Shown here one piece after another: positions 49,612-60,100 of a stretch of 64,000 nucleotides of DNA; the first letter of the stretch is position 1; every line of letters starts with the position of its first letter. The notes under the pieces were generated by a model. The model worked only from the letters and a program-made list of their open reading frames with translations. It made no database searches and was not told the DNA's origin. Source of the DNA: a virus; IMG/VR virus record IMGVR_UViG_3300007722_000007, positions 1 through 64,000 of that record. One strand, written 5' to 3'. Position numbers and translations under genes: made by a program.

Positions 49612-51688
49612 ACGACATGAAGCAGCGGAGTGCGTTGGCTGTATCAAGTCCGGGGAATCCCGGACTCGCAAGCTCATGCCGGCGATGGCAATTTCTCGAC
49701 CAAACATTTATTTATTGCCCCTTCTGATTCTTAACGATAAACAAAAGGCAATTGAATTTAAATGCGCCCAAATGACGGCAGCAGGGAAAAACATATCGGC
49801 CTACGATCAGAGCGTGCGTTTTAAGGCCGACATAATCAATATAAACCTTCCCTCAACTCAGGAACTAAAGTCAGTTGTTGCTCCGATCGTTCCTGGTGGG
49901 AGGGCAAATCCAATACGCTCAACGGCATGGTCTCTTGCCATCCCGGGTGGCCGCGGTGGAGCCCCAAACGTACTTGCACGCACGCTTCCCGGACAGGTTA
50001 AGCCGACACGCGGCTTTCGGTGCCCGGAAGGATTTCAATTTGGGGGCAGGTTTACGGACAAATATTACAGCACATGCGGCAAACAGCTTTTCCAGTTAGC
50101 GCTATCTATCGCCAATCAATTACTGAATGTAGGCACCATCGCGGCGGATAATTCACCACGGGAAATTTCAATAAATGGCAGACCGGTGCAAGCCTTAAAG
50201 CCCAATGGTCAAACGTCATCAATACGGCGCCCGAATATTTTAATACCAAAAGTGGGGCGAATGAATTTCGCTCTTTACAAACAAGCAATCGGTAATGTCG
50301 TTGCCGAAATGTCTACCGTTAATCGTCGACTGGCACGAATGGTAAGGCGGGATGGCGTTGTTTTGACACCGGTTGTTTCCGCAAGTGTGTTACGCACCGT
50401 TCCGGACTCGCGGGATATGGAGGGGGCCTCATATATTATCAATGCCGTCACCCCGTCAGACATCGGTCGTTCCGAACTTGGAATGCTGTCGAATACCGGA
50501 GTTACCCAGCTTCTCTACGTCCTGCCAGACGGATCATCTATTTCATTGCGCAAAAAACGAAACCTATCCCCTGGGGAAAGTCGCAAACTCGGGAAAACCA
50601 TCGCAAGCGCAGAATCAATGCGAGCTAGTTCAAACCCGGCAGGTCGTCTTGAAATGATTGCCGCAGAAATGAATGGGGCCATGGCGTATGAACAGCAATT
50701 CGTGAATGCATCTGGCGCGAATGACATAATTGAAGTTAATGTACCTGGATCAAAAACGCCAAAGCAAATGCGTCGCTGGTATGCGGAGGCCTTCAAAAAA
50801 ACAAATGTCGCTAAAATTAAAAAGGTGAGAAAAACGCAAATTGAAGACGAGGCGGGGTTTGTTGAAAGTCTTGACGAAGCGCTTAATCTAATTTCAAATG
50901 GTGGGCAAATAGGGAATATCCGGCCACATATCCGCGCAACGGCTTTGGCAAAAAGCTCAATTGTCGACTCCAAAAAAATAAATTCTAAAATTACCGAGCA
51001 CAGTCTCGATCGCCAAAAAATTCTTGAAGTTTCGCCGACCACGGAATTTGAACATCTCGGGGCAATGTTTTCATCCGAGGTCCAGGCACATTTAGGACTA
51101 GCATCAACAGACATTTGGTTCGCCGGGACCGGAACCCGAAGGCCGTATTTGGTTTCTCTTCCGGAAGATGCGATTTCCGGTGGCCGTTCGGCAAGGGGAT
51201 CTGGTTTGAAATCGGCAAATCCATCGGATATTGCGACCCTGTTTATTGCGGACCTTTTAACCGACACCAGAATGCGTAATCCGTCATCCATATTCACGAT
51301 CGACACGGGGGCGGCCGTACGAAGCTTCGGTTCTCCGGTCATATCCGCAGGACTCGCCGGACTATCGATAAAAGAAAAAACCGCACGTATCGGCATGCCG
51401 ATAAATAAATTACTTTTAGAAAATGATAAATTAACATATCGTTATTACTTCGCCGAAATCAACGCAAGACAGAAGAAGATAGTGCTTGAAATGCTGGAGC
51501 GCCTACTGAGCAAAGCCAACAATTTCAATTTCGCAGATTTCGCCCAAAGACTCACAATTGACGGAGAACTTACAGACGCCGAACGGAACCACCTCACGAT
51601 ACTTAAACAACTATACGAAACGCGTGTTCGCCGGCTGTTAGGGTCCGTCGGCGCAATTAAGAATTTTATCGGTGGCGCAAATGAATAA
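49604..51688 (+). CDS. large protein with RC..GGRFT tag and a possible degenerate HipA/PI-kinase-like C-terminal domain
   Basis: ~695 aa; RCPEGFQFGGRFT; ADLLTDTRMRNPSSI; TTG start inferred from a GGGAG RBS. Confidence 0.6.
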   Translation: MSKRHEAAECVGCIKSGESRTRKLMPAMAISRPNIYLLPLLILNDKQKAIEFKCAQMTAAGKNISAYDQSVRFKADIININLPSTQELKSVVAPIVPGGRANPIRSTAWSLAIPGGRGGAPNVLARTLPGQVKPTRGFRCPEGFQFGGRFTDKYYSTCGKQLFQLALSIANQLLNVGTIAADNSPREISINGRPVQALKPNGQTSSIRRPNILIPKVGRMNFALYKQAIGNVVAEMSTVNRRLARMVRRDGVVLTPVVSASVLRTVPDSRDMEGASYIINAVTPSDIGRSELGMLSNTGVTQLLYVLPDGSSISLRKKRNLSPGESRKLGKTIASAESMRASSNPAGRLEMIAAEMNGAMAYEQQFVNASGANDIIEVNVPGSKTPKQMRRWYAEAFKKTNVAKIKKVRKTQIEDEAGFVESLDEALNLISNGGQIGNIRPHIRATALAKSSIVDSKKINSKITEHSLDRQKILEVSPTTEFEHLGAMFSSEVQAHLGLASTDIWFAGTGTRRPYLVSLPEDAISGGRSARGSGLKSANPSDIATLFIADLLTDTRMRNPSSIFTIDTGAAVRSFGSPVISAGLAGLSIKEKTARIGMPINKLLLENDKLTYRYYFAEINARQKKIVLEMLERLLSKANNFNFADFAQRLTIDGELTDAERNHLTILKQLYETRVRRLLGSVGAIKNFIGGANE

Positions 51689-54600
51689 GTTCCAGCTCGT
51701 AATAGATGGGTCAAATAATTCCGCGTATGGGGTGATTGCCACGATCGCCAACGCAGATAAATACATCGGCAATATGTCACACGGTGCAGATTGGGCTAAG
51801 TGGGCTGGAAAATCGGGTTTTAGGAAGCTGGAGATAATCGAATCACTTGACATGCACTTGTCCCTTGGCGATGTCATCCCGTTATCTAGTGATGAAGTTT
51901 TGAAATTAAAAAGCCTGCTTAGCGATAGCGCGTTTGGGGCACTGAGTAACTTTGTCGAACAGAATCTATTATTAACCAAAAATAATCCAGAGCCAGAAAA
52001 TCTGATTGAGGACGACGAGCCAGAATACGAACTTGTTGCCGATTGGCCAATTACCGATATCGCCCTAAGTCTGATCGAGGTTCAGTTTAAGATGAACGCC
52101 GTTCACTACAAGGCGAAGTCGTTCATTTCGGACTCATCGGCATCTTCTTTTTCACTTAGCACAAAGGGCGTGCGAGCAATGTGGGACCCTAATTTTCCTG
52201 GTGGTGGCAGATGGCGCTGCCCTCCAGAAAGTGGATACACCGCCGGCCAATTTACCAATAGATTTGGGCGGGGGTGTTTGCCCGGCGCAGCTCGCAGAAT
52301 AGGCCGAAGAATGCTGTCCCTTGCTGATGCCGGCGTACTAAAGCGGACCCTAGGAGACCGTGGCGGGATACTTGAGGCCAGGGGATTTTTAAGGGACGAG
52401 CGTGGACTGGCCGCCGCTGGGAGACGTTCGGCCAACCGGATTGAAAGACAGGGGCGTCGCACCGAAAGGCGCATTGCGGGATTGGCCAAAGATACCGATG
52501 ATTTAAATAATCCAAATCCTCAGCGCCCAGCCGCAAATCGGTCAGAACGACGCAAAAAACGAGGCAACAGACTCGCCGCGTTTGCTGATCGGCTGACAGG
52601 AGAGCGGGTAACCCCAAGAAACAATCAAGCGAACCAACCAGATAATCTCGCAGATGAATCCCCTGTAACTGTTTCCACGGCGCGCATGAATCGGAGAATT
52701 AACAATAGCGCCAAGCCATTAGAGCTTGAACCGGGCACGGTATTAACCGATGAAAGAAACACCACCGATCAACTATTACTCGACCAGGGTTTCGCCGAGA
52801 TTGAGCGAAGTTTAGATGAGATTGAACAAAGTTTAGATGATAATAAACTCCGTAGAAAAAGGCGAAGCAAAACTCCAGTACGCCCACACATAATTGACAG
52901 AATCAGTAAGCGTCGCCAAGACGGCAGATTGCGGATTTCCGATGTGCGCCCCAGGGTCAGGGAAACCCGCGGCCCAGATAATATCGGGCCGCGAGAGACA
53001 ATGCGCGAACGAGCCGCCTTACGGCTTGAAAGACTGGCCCAAAGATTAACGGCCAGAAATAACCGTACGGTTACGCCGAACACAACTATCCAAAGTCCGG
53101 AACCGGCGGTCAATAGCCAATTAGGGCAACGGGCGCGGATGAGGCAGGTAGTGCTAAGTAAGGATAGTCCACGGCGGGTACTGTACGGCAATATCATTCC
53201 GTCGCAACGCACAGCGCGGAATCTAAAGGGGTGGGAAGCATATACCGCTATCGAGCAACAATCATTGGAGGCGTCAGCTACGAAAGCGCAAAAGCGCCTC
53301 ACTGACGGCTGGAGGACGCGGTTGGGGCTGTCTCCGGCCGACAATTTGGACGAAGACGCAATTGACACATGGATGAAGGCATTAACGGTACGCCAGCCCC
53401 GAAAAGCCGCCGTACTCCAGAACCAGGCTCACAACGCCGTTATCCTTGATGATTTCCTTGACCCAATAACATCTAATACATCCAAATTAAAAACTGAAAA
53501 TTGGGCCGCAATCAAGCCGGCCATGAGAGAGTGGATCATCGCTGATGCCGGTTTAACGGCCCCAGCGCGTGTATCCCCAAAATCACGTAAAACGCCCGTA
53601 CCGAATAAGCCTCCGCAGCGACCTCGGCTAGTACGGTCTGGCGGTCAGCTTGCATTGCCGCCAGGGCCAGCGCCGACACAGGGCAATCTTGTTCCGGACG
53701 CCGACGTGGTGGATGACGAATTGGTATTTGATACTCAGCCGGAGCCAAACAACGAACTTGCACCAGTCGGGGTCGATGTAGTTACAAGCACAAATGAACA
53801 CGGGACAATTGACGCTGCAGAAAACGCCTTGTTCATATATGAAGAAAATACGAAACTATACAGAGACCCGATTTCCGGCATGTATAAAGAAGACTATAAA
53901 GACTTGCCGATAACAATAGATACGGAAGTGAACACAATGCAGCCGTTGCCCCTGATGCAGCGGAAAAAGAAAAATGGGGCCATCGTCTCGTATCCGAAAA
54001 TTCGTAATCACCAAGGGTTTGTTGGTGGCAAGGCCGTCATAGTGCAGCTGTCACTCGCTCCAAACACAACAAGGCCCGGAGAGGGTCACAGCGTTTCAAC
54101 ATGGGCCGAAGCAAGAGGGGCTATCTGGAATGATTTGCCGGAAAGCGTTAAACGCGAAAATCCAGGAATAGAAATCGTAGAAATACCCAGAATAAACGGA
54201 GTACAGCAAACAGCCGACACCGTTAGTTCATTTAATAGCTCTCGGCGCTCAAGCTACCGCAATAGCACGGAAATGGCGGGAACCGATATTTCAACCCAAG
54301 ATGTATTTCTTAGAACGCGAACAAGCTCGTGGAATTTTGGCCACACCGATGTCGCTATGGTGATCTCTTCCGTAAACACGGCCCTTGTCAGCAATCAACC
54401 ACAAGACTGGATGAAGGCCTGGGCGAAACTTAAAAGCGTGCACGCCGATGCGACTAGAAAGCTGGAAGCTTCCCTCACCGAGTGGAGAAGGCCGGACAAT
54501 AAAAATAATTCCCGCCAGCGTCGCGAGTTCGTGCTTGCCGGAGACCTAGCGGAGACCGTTGAGGCAATTATAGAACGAGTTATGCCTTCGGTTTTTCCGA

Positions 54601-56117
54601 TAATCATTAGTGGCGCACGGAGCGAAATGGAAGAGAGCGCAAAGCTCAGAAATAAACTTGCCGTTCGCCGGACTAGGGCGCAATCCGAAGGGCTGAGAAT
54701 CGTCGGCGGAGTCGATCCGGCTATATTATTCCCGCCAAAATCTGCCGATGGAGTTTACATAAATCGTACCCCAGCCGAAATTGATGCGTTATATGAAAAA
54801 AATAGAGCTTTTGGGTATTTTGAGCAACTGCCCCTTGTCCTAAACCCCGGCGAATCCTATGTGGCGACGGAACTAAACGATTCCCAAATAGATTTTATGG
54901 ATACCGTACAAAAAGCCCGTGACGCCTCACACGATTACCGTACCGGACTCGCACTGGAAGACGCCCATCAACAACGAGCTCAGCATCTGGCGACTCTCGG
55001 CCAAAGTGGATTTAATGATTTACCAGTACAGGTCACCCTTGAAGAAATGGAATTATTGCTTAAAACACTGGACAGTGAAGGGCAGCCGATGTACATACCT
55101 ATTGTCCGCGGAATCAGCAGAAGGGGCAACGACGATAGGTCGCCACGCGAAATGGCGCAAGAATATATTTCCGGGGATAGATTTATTACTGCCGGCCAAG
55201 GGGGATCCGCCGGCGGAGAAGGGGACAATTTTTCCACCGCATCAAACCCAATTGGCGGATACGACCCAGGCGACGAAGCGCGCGGTTCAATCCTGGCATT
55301 GATACCGCGTTCATCGCGTCTGAGCACCACGCAAGAAGTAGAAAAGATTGCCACGCATGTTCGGGATATCCATAAATTCATTAATAGATCCATCAACCAC
55401 CCAAGCGAACATGTTCAACCTTCTGGTGTAAGTGAGCGCTATGAGACGGATCCATCTGCGGGAAGGCGGACCGCCTGGGAGAACCTGTATCCGAATGAAA
55501 CCGCACGACCGAATATGCCGGCGATCGTTGAGTGGGATGATTTTGATGGTTTGCACGCCCTTCAAAAAGCAGTCATGGTCGCCATTCTGTCCGACGGCAT
55601 GCACTTAGCTGACTCTTCGGAATTTTCATTCTCAGTCTACGACAACCCACGCGATGATTTCCCTAGCGCCTCCGAGCCGATCGGTGGTCTAGAGTGGTTT
55701 AAGAACACTCGGGCAGAAATTGTCGGATGGTATATACAGCTCGAAATTAAAAGGAATGCGCTGTTGGCTTCCGGCGCAGAGACATCAGAACAGCAGCAGG
55801 CAATAAGTCGCCTCGTTAACGCGCAGACATATCTCAATTTCCTTACCGACGAAGTGACAATGAGCCCAATTCTCGGATACGACGCATATCTGTCGGGCGG
55901 AGGTAATAGTTTCTCCATAGACAAAGATCCACGACGGCTATTCCTTTCAATGTTCCCAGGCAAATACGGAATGTACAACCACGTCATGGTGGTCAATAGG
56001 TCGGCCTTAATCGTGCTGGATTCGCCCATTTCCTTGGCGTCTGCCATGGAATTTATGGACTCCTTCGGGGTTATTATGCCAAACGGCGAGACAATGCATA
56101 TCTACAAGAGCAGGTAG
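51681..56117 (+). CDS. giant protein with putative C-terminal ADP-ribosyltransferase-like domain
   Basis: IVRGI...GQGGSAGGEGDNFST...ILGYDAY...HVMVVNRSALIV. Confidence 0.65.
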   Translation: MNKFQLVIDGSNNSAYGVIATIANADKYIGNMSHGADWAKWAGKSGFRKLEIIESLDMHLSLGDVIPLSSDEVLKLKSLLSDSAFGALSNFVEQNLLLTKNNPEPENLIEDDEPEYELVADWPITDIALSLIEVQFKMNAVHYKAKSFISDSSASSFSLSTKGVRAMWDPNFPGGGRWRCPPESGYTAGQFTNRFGRGCLPGAARRIGRRMLSLADAGVLKRTLGDRGGILEARGFLRDERGLAAAGRRSANRIERQGRRTERRIAGLAKDTDDLNNPNPQRPAANRSERRKKRGNRLAAFADRLTGERVTPRNNQANQPDNLADESPVTVSTARMNRRINNSAKPLELEPGTVLTDERNTTDQLLLDQGFAEIERSLDEIEQSLDDNKLRRKRRSKTPVRPHIIDRISKRRQDGRLRISDVRPRVRETRGPDNIGPRETMRERAALRLERLAQRLTARNNRTVTPNTTIQSPEPAVNSQLGQRARMRQVVLSKDSPRRVLYGNIIPSQRTARNLKGWEAYTAIEQQSLEASATKAQKRLTDGWRTRLGLSPADNLDEDAIDTWMKALTVRQPRKAAVLQNQAHNAVILDDFLDPITSNTSKLKTENWAAIKPAMREWIIADAGLTAPARVSPKSRKTPVPNKPPQRPRLVRSGGQLALPPGPAPTQGNLVPDADVVDDELVFDTQPEPNNELAPVGVDVVTSTNEHGTIDAAENALFIYEENTKLYRDPISGMYKEDYKDLPITIDTEVNTMQPLPLMQRKKKNGAIVSYPKIRNHQGFVGGKAVIVQLSLAPNTTRPGEGHSVSTWAEARGAIWNDLPESVKRENPGIEIVEIPRINGVQQTADTVSSFNSSRRSSYRNSTEMAGTDISTQDVFLRTRTSSWNFGHTDVAMVISSVNTALVSNQPQDWMKAWAKLKSVHADATRKLEASLTEWRRPDNKNNSRQRREFVLAGDLAETVEAIIERVMPSVFPIIISGARSEMEESAKLRNKLAVRRTRAQSEGLRIVGGVDPAILFPPKSADGVYINRTPAEIDALYEKNRAFGYFEQLPLVLNPGESYVATELNDSQIDFMDTVQKARDASHDYRTGLALEDAHQQRAQHLATLGQSGFNDLPVQVTLEEMELLLKTLDSEGQPMYIPIVRGISRRGNDDRSPREMAQEYISGDRFITAGQGGSAGGEGDNFSTASNPIGGYDPGDEARGSILALIPRSSRLSTTQEVEKIATHVRDIHKFINRSINHPSEHVQPSGVSERYETDPSAGRRTAWENLYPNETARPNMPAIVEWDDFDGLHALQKAVMVAILSDGMHLADSSEFSFSVYDNPRDDFPSASEPIGGLEWFKNTRAEIVGWYIQLEIKRNALLASGAETSEQQQAISRLVNAQTYLNFLTDEVTMSPILGYDAYLSGGGNSFSIDKDPRRLFLSMFPGKYGMYNHVMVVNRSALIVLDSPISLASAMEFMDSFGVIMPNGETMHIYKSR

Positions 56118-56126
56118 ACTTAGATT

Positions 56127-56552
56127 ATGGATACGCAATCAATTGCTGAACTTTTCAAAAAAGCAACGCTCCGCGCAGAGGCTTTATCAGACGACGATAC
56201 GGCCGTACTCGACAATGCCACAAATGAAATTAAGGAAGATTATTACGCCTATGACAATCTGGCCAAATATCCGCCATTCTCCTATAGAGCGCTGGGTGTA
56301 GGGCGACGCTACAGGGAGTTGCTCTTAGGCGAATTGGCTGCTTTCACACGCGGGATAAAGGAATATGATTCATTTGCCGCCATAGACGCCGAATACGAAA
56401 TAGATATAGAGGAAGCCAATTCGTACCGTAAATTATACGACACCCCAGAGGCGGCGGCGATGAGCTATATGCGCCATATCGGCATTAAGCCATCAAAACA
56501 GGAACTTCAAGGATTCACAATTTGGGTCGGCGACGCAGAGATACCGCGATGA
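56127..56552 (+). CDS. small acidic hypothetical protein
   Basis: 141 aa, starts 9 nt after the upstream stop; ATGA-coupled to the next gene. Confidence 0.7.
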   Translation: MDTQSIAELFKKATLRAEALSDDDTAVLDNATNEIKEDYYAYDNLAKYPPFSYRALGVGRRYRELLLGELAAFTRGIKEYDSFAAIDAEYEIDIEEANSYRKLYDTPEAAAMSYMRHIGIKPSKQELQGFTIWVGDAEIPR

Positions 56553-57091
56553 ATGACGGGAATCAAAAAAGACAGGCGTTAAAAATCGCCAGGTATATGG
56601 GGTGCTCCGGCGTCCACAAGGGCAACAAGGGTGAGTGGATGCCGTGCGCCGATCATGATACCCTACAGAGACTTTCGCAAGCCGCGGAGAGCGACTCATG
56701 GCTGAAAAAACAATCGGCAAAATCTGGGCAGTACGGTACCGCCGGAACCGTCCAAAAACGTAGTGCGAAAGGGGGAGGACGTAGCCCAACATCCGAAAAT
56801 CAAATTGGCAAAATAGGGGGAACCAGGAAATATTTGGCCATAAAAAGAAATAAGCCAATTGTGCTCCCCCGATCGGCGATAATTCAACGTCTTGGCAGTT
56901 TGGACAACGGTTCCCCACGAAGATCAAAACGCAAGGCGCGGGGTGCCAAATGGGAGCGTTTAACCGAACGCGGGGTAATTGGCTTGTCGTCCCTGGACGG
57001 CGGCGGAATAGTTTCCGCGAGTGCACTTTCAAAAATGTTTAGCGTTTCTGACGGCAAAAGAAAATACTTAAATCAATTCCCCACAGCGTAA
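56549..57091 (+). CDS. basic hypothetical protein with GCxGxH...WMPC motif
   Basis: ATGA overlap start; motif shared with the next ORF. Confidence 0.7.
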   Translation: MNDGNQKRQALKIARYMGCSGVHKGNKGEWMPCADHDTLQRLSQAAESDSWLKKQSAKSGQYGTAGTVQKRSAKGGGRSPTSENQIGKIGGTRKYLAIKRNKPIVLPRSAIIQRLGSLDNGSPRRSKRKARGAKWERLTERGVIGLSSLDGGGIVSASALSKMFSVSDGKRKYLNQFPTA

Positions 57092-57126
57092 TCTCACGCT
57101 ACCTTCCCGCGTTCACCAATATTATT

Positions 57127-57135
57127 GGTACGATA
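57127..57135 (+). promoter_or_regulatory. extended -10 promoter candidate
   Basis: TGgTACGAT in the intergenic gap ~33 nt before ATG 57169. Confidence 0.35.
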
Positions 57136-57168
57136 AACGCACACGAAGTATTCTGACGCAGGGATAAT

Positions 57169-60100
57169 ATGGCCGAAAATACAGACACTGGTGACTGCTG
57201 TCCCATCGCCCCAGATGATGGCGCCGACCAGATAAATCAAAAATCAGTAGGATTCGGGCCTCGCCGAGTTCGGTCCGACGGCCACGATGTCTTTGTCGAT
57301 AAAGAGTCCGCCCGGGAAAGATCTCGCCAGCTCGGCTGCATCGGGATTCGTCAGTATAATTCTGTTTCTGGGGGATTTGTTTGGATGCCGTGCTCTAATG
57401 AATCAGATTACCGACGGGTAACCGGAGTGGGAGTTTTAGCCGGACGAAGATCAGAGCGGGATTTGTCTAGACGTATTGCCAGAATACTAAAGAAAAAAAC
57501 CGACGAAGTTAAGGCACTTGGTCCACCGATCGGCGGACCTCAACGGGATATGAATCCAGCTACGGCGCGAAATGCCGATAATGACCCATTTGTCCTAGAG
57601 GGAATTCCAACGATAAATAGGGGTCGCGGCGTTATCGACCCGACCCCCGGCTCGGACGTCGCCATCCCCGCTCCGTCAACGCCTGACGCGCCAGAATTAA
57701 GCGATACCGCTAATCGAGCAAGCGATATTGATGGCCCCGATCTACCGACACGCCCAGATCCGGGCGCTGCCCCTAGTGATAAACCGTCCATAGCGCGTTC
57801 TCCTAAAAAGCCATCAACGCGCCGAGCGTCAATCGCTCCGACAGACTCCCTGGCTCCCAAAATTGACACCGAACCCAGAAGGAACACAGCTAGAGATACT
57901 GTACCTGCCGCTACGGGAGCAATGCGTGGCGACAAGGTCACTCCGGCTAGATTCATATTACCGGAGAATGACGAACTTGTTCGTCGCGTAAAAGGCGCAA
58001 TTGCCAAATGGCTTGATGGAACCCCGGAGCGCGAACGCAGTAATTTGCTTCAGCGGAATGACAGAAGTGGGCGCAACAATTTCTTCGCCCAGATGTACCA
58101 AGACGACGCCGCGCGGTCGACGCTGCGGAGTTTCATATGGGGTGATATAGAAACCGCAGATGCGGCGGTTGCCTATTGGGGTGGCCAATTTGCGGATTCG
58201 GCAGACCGCGTCATCACCAAAATCGATACCGGGACGCTTAACGAGGCCGACTACGTGGATGCTTTTAGGTTATACCAAAAAGCCGTCTCTCAGGCGCCTG
58301 ATTTTTCACGGGGGATCATGGACACGTACGCAGTGGCTGATCCCGGAATTGACGAAGAAGTTTTATTTTCCAACCTGTCCGGATGGACGCTGCCAACAAC
58401 GATTGAAAGCATGACCCCGAATACCACTCCACTTCAGTCATTTGGGGCTCAGGGGATTATAGCGATAACGGATATTTTTAGGGCGGCGGTTAGCCAATTA
58501 AAGTTTCCCGTGCAACGCGAAAATGCGCAAACCTTTCCGGAGGGGAATAAACTTCGTGCCGGTTTTACCGCAAACCGCGCCGTCTACCCGCATGACTATG
58601 GAAATGTCTTATTGCGACGCCTGCTCGATGTATCAAATTCCGTCCGTAACGCTAATAGCGAGCCAATACGCGAAACCATCCTTGGGTCGGCCCTGAATTC
58701 ATTCGCAATGTATGTCGCGGCGCATGGCGTTCTGGTCCATGATTCAGATTTAATGGATAGCTCATTTGGAATAATGAACAATCTTCTTGAACAGTTACTA
58801 GCTGACAAAGAATCAACTGCCGTACTAGCAAAAATGGGACAATTATTTGATTTGCTAGATACGCATCTTGTTGATTATACCGAAGCTAGAAGAAGAGCGC
58901 GCTTAGAAATAATTGCCGCTGCGAAAGAAAATGGATTATTGAGGAAAAGTGAGGACTTATTTGATAACGATGTGCCGCTTGCTGTCGCAGAGCATCTTGA
59001 CAACTCAAAACAAGCATTTTCTACAAGAAATGAGCATGTCGCCGCGGTTATAGCGCCGATTGGCGAAGATAAGTTGCGAAGAGTAATGCGGGACATTTTC
59101 GCGCGCAACAATTATTTAGACGGGAGCACGATAGAGAAATATTCCCCAGCTTCTCCCGGTGACGCCATAGCTCTCGCTTCCGAATTAAATCCCCCGCAAA
59201 GGGACAGGAATATTACCAGGCTCAGCACGGAAAACGCAAAAGCATTTGAATCTATTACCTCATATCTCTATTCTGATAATCCAATATTTTTGGTCGACAA
59301 CAACGACCAAATCCAACTATGGGCAAATTTATTGCAATACGGCAAACGCCGAATGTTACACCGCACCCTGAAACAAATGAGCCCCAAAAAACGCGCTGAG
59401 TTTATGGCCGTAGACCCTGAGACGGCCGATGTCCTTCTTGACTCGGCCAAGGAATCATGGCTATCCCACAGACAGATCAACGAGGGGTTCGGCCCCGACA
59501 ATTATCCGCTTGATGACAATATCAACGCCACGCTGACAAACTATCCGATCGAGGATGTTCATTACAGAATCCCGCAGCGCATTACGGATAGCTCCTCTAA
59601 TCCGCTTGTCCTGATAGCTAACGCCCTGCGCCTTCGCCAGTATCAGCTGGACCGAGTCAACAATAACGATTATACAAATTCCATACGAGCCTTAATCGAC
59701 GGCCTTCTCGGTGGCAATCCAAAACAATCAAACAAAATTTTTGATTTAATGATTCTGCCATCGCCCGCCGCGCTTTTAATTGACCGCTACGCGAATAGCA
59801 TCCCCAACTTTTTACACACGCTGGGAGAATATGATAACGACATTCAGGGCAACAATCGTGGTCAATTTAGAAATAATGATTCGGTATACCCCAATACAAT
59901 GACGGCCCTTGGGGTTTTGGGGGACGCAAAACACGCACTTGCCGGGCTTGCCGGGAACATGGATGAATATGCCAATATGGCGTCACGGCGAATGGTGCTT
60001 ATTACGGACGATTTAATTGATCGAGAAAATTACGACATTGATCCACTGGTTGAAAACTACCTAAACGCCGCCCCTTTTGGGTACGGTCCGAGTGGATCCA

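Noticed and set aside
50515-51396. 293-aa minus-strand ORF and similar antisense ORFs across 27-64 kb
   Set aside because: Ser/Ile/Arg-rich mirror frames of the long plus-strand genes, without their own signals
30522-57648. Dispersed ~100-bp repeat as a DGR template/variable repeat or IS end
   Set aside because: Differences are mostly synonymous rather than adenine-specific, all copies are in-frame coding, and no reverse transcriptase or transposase was seen
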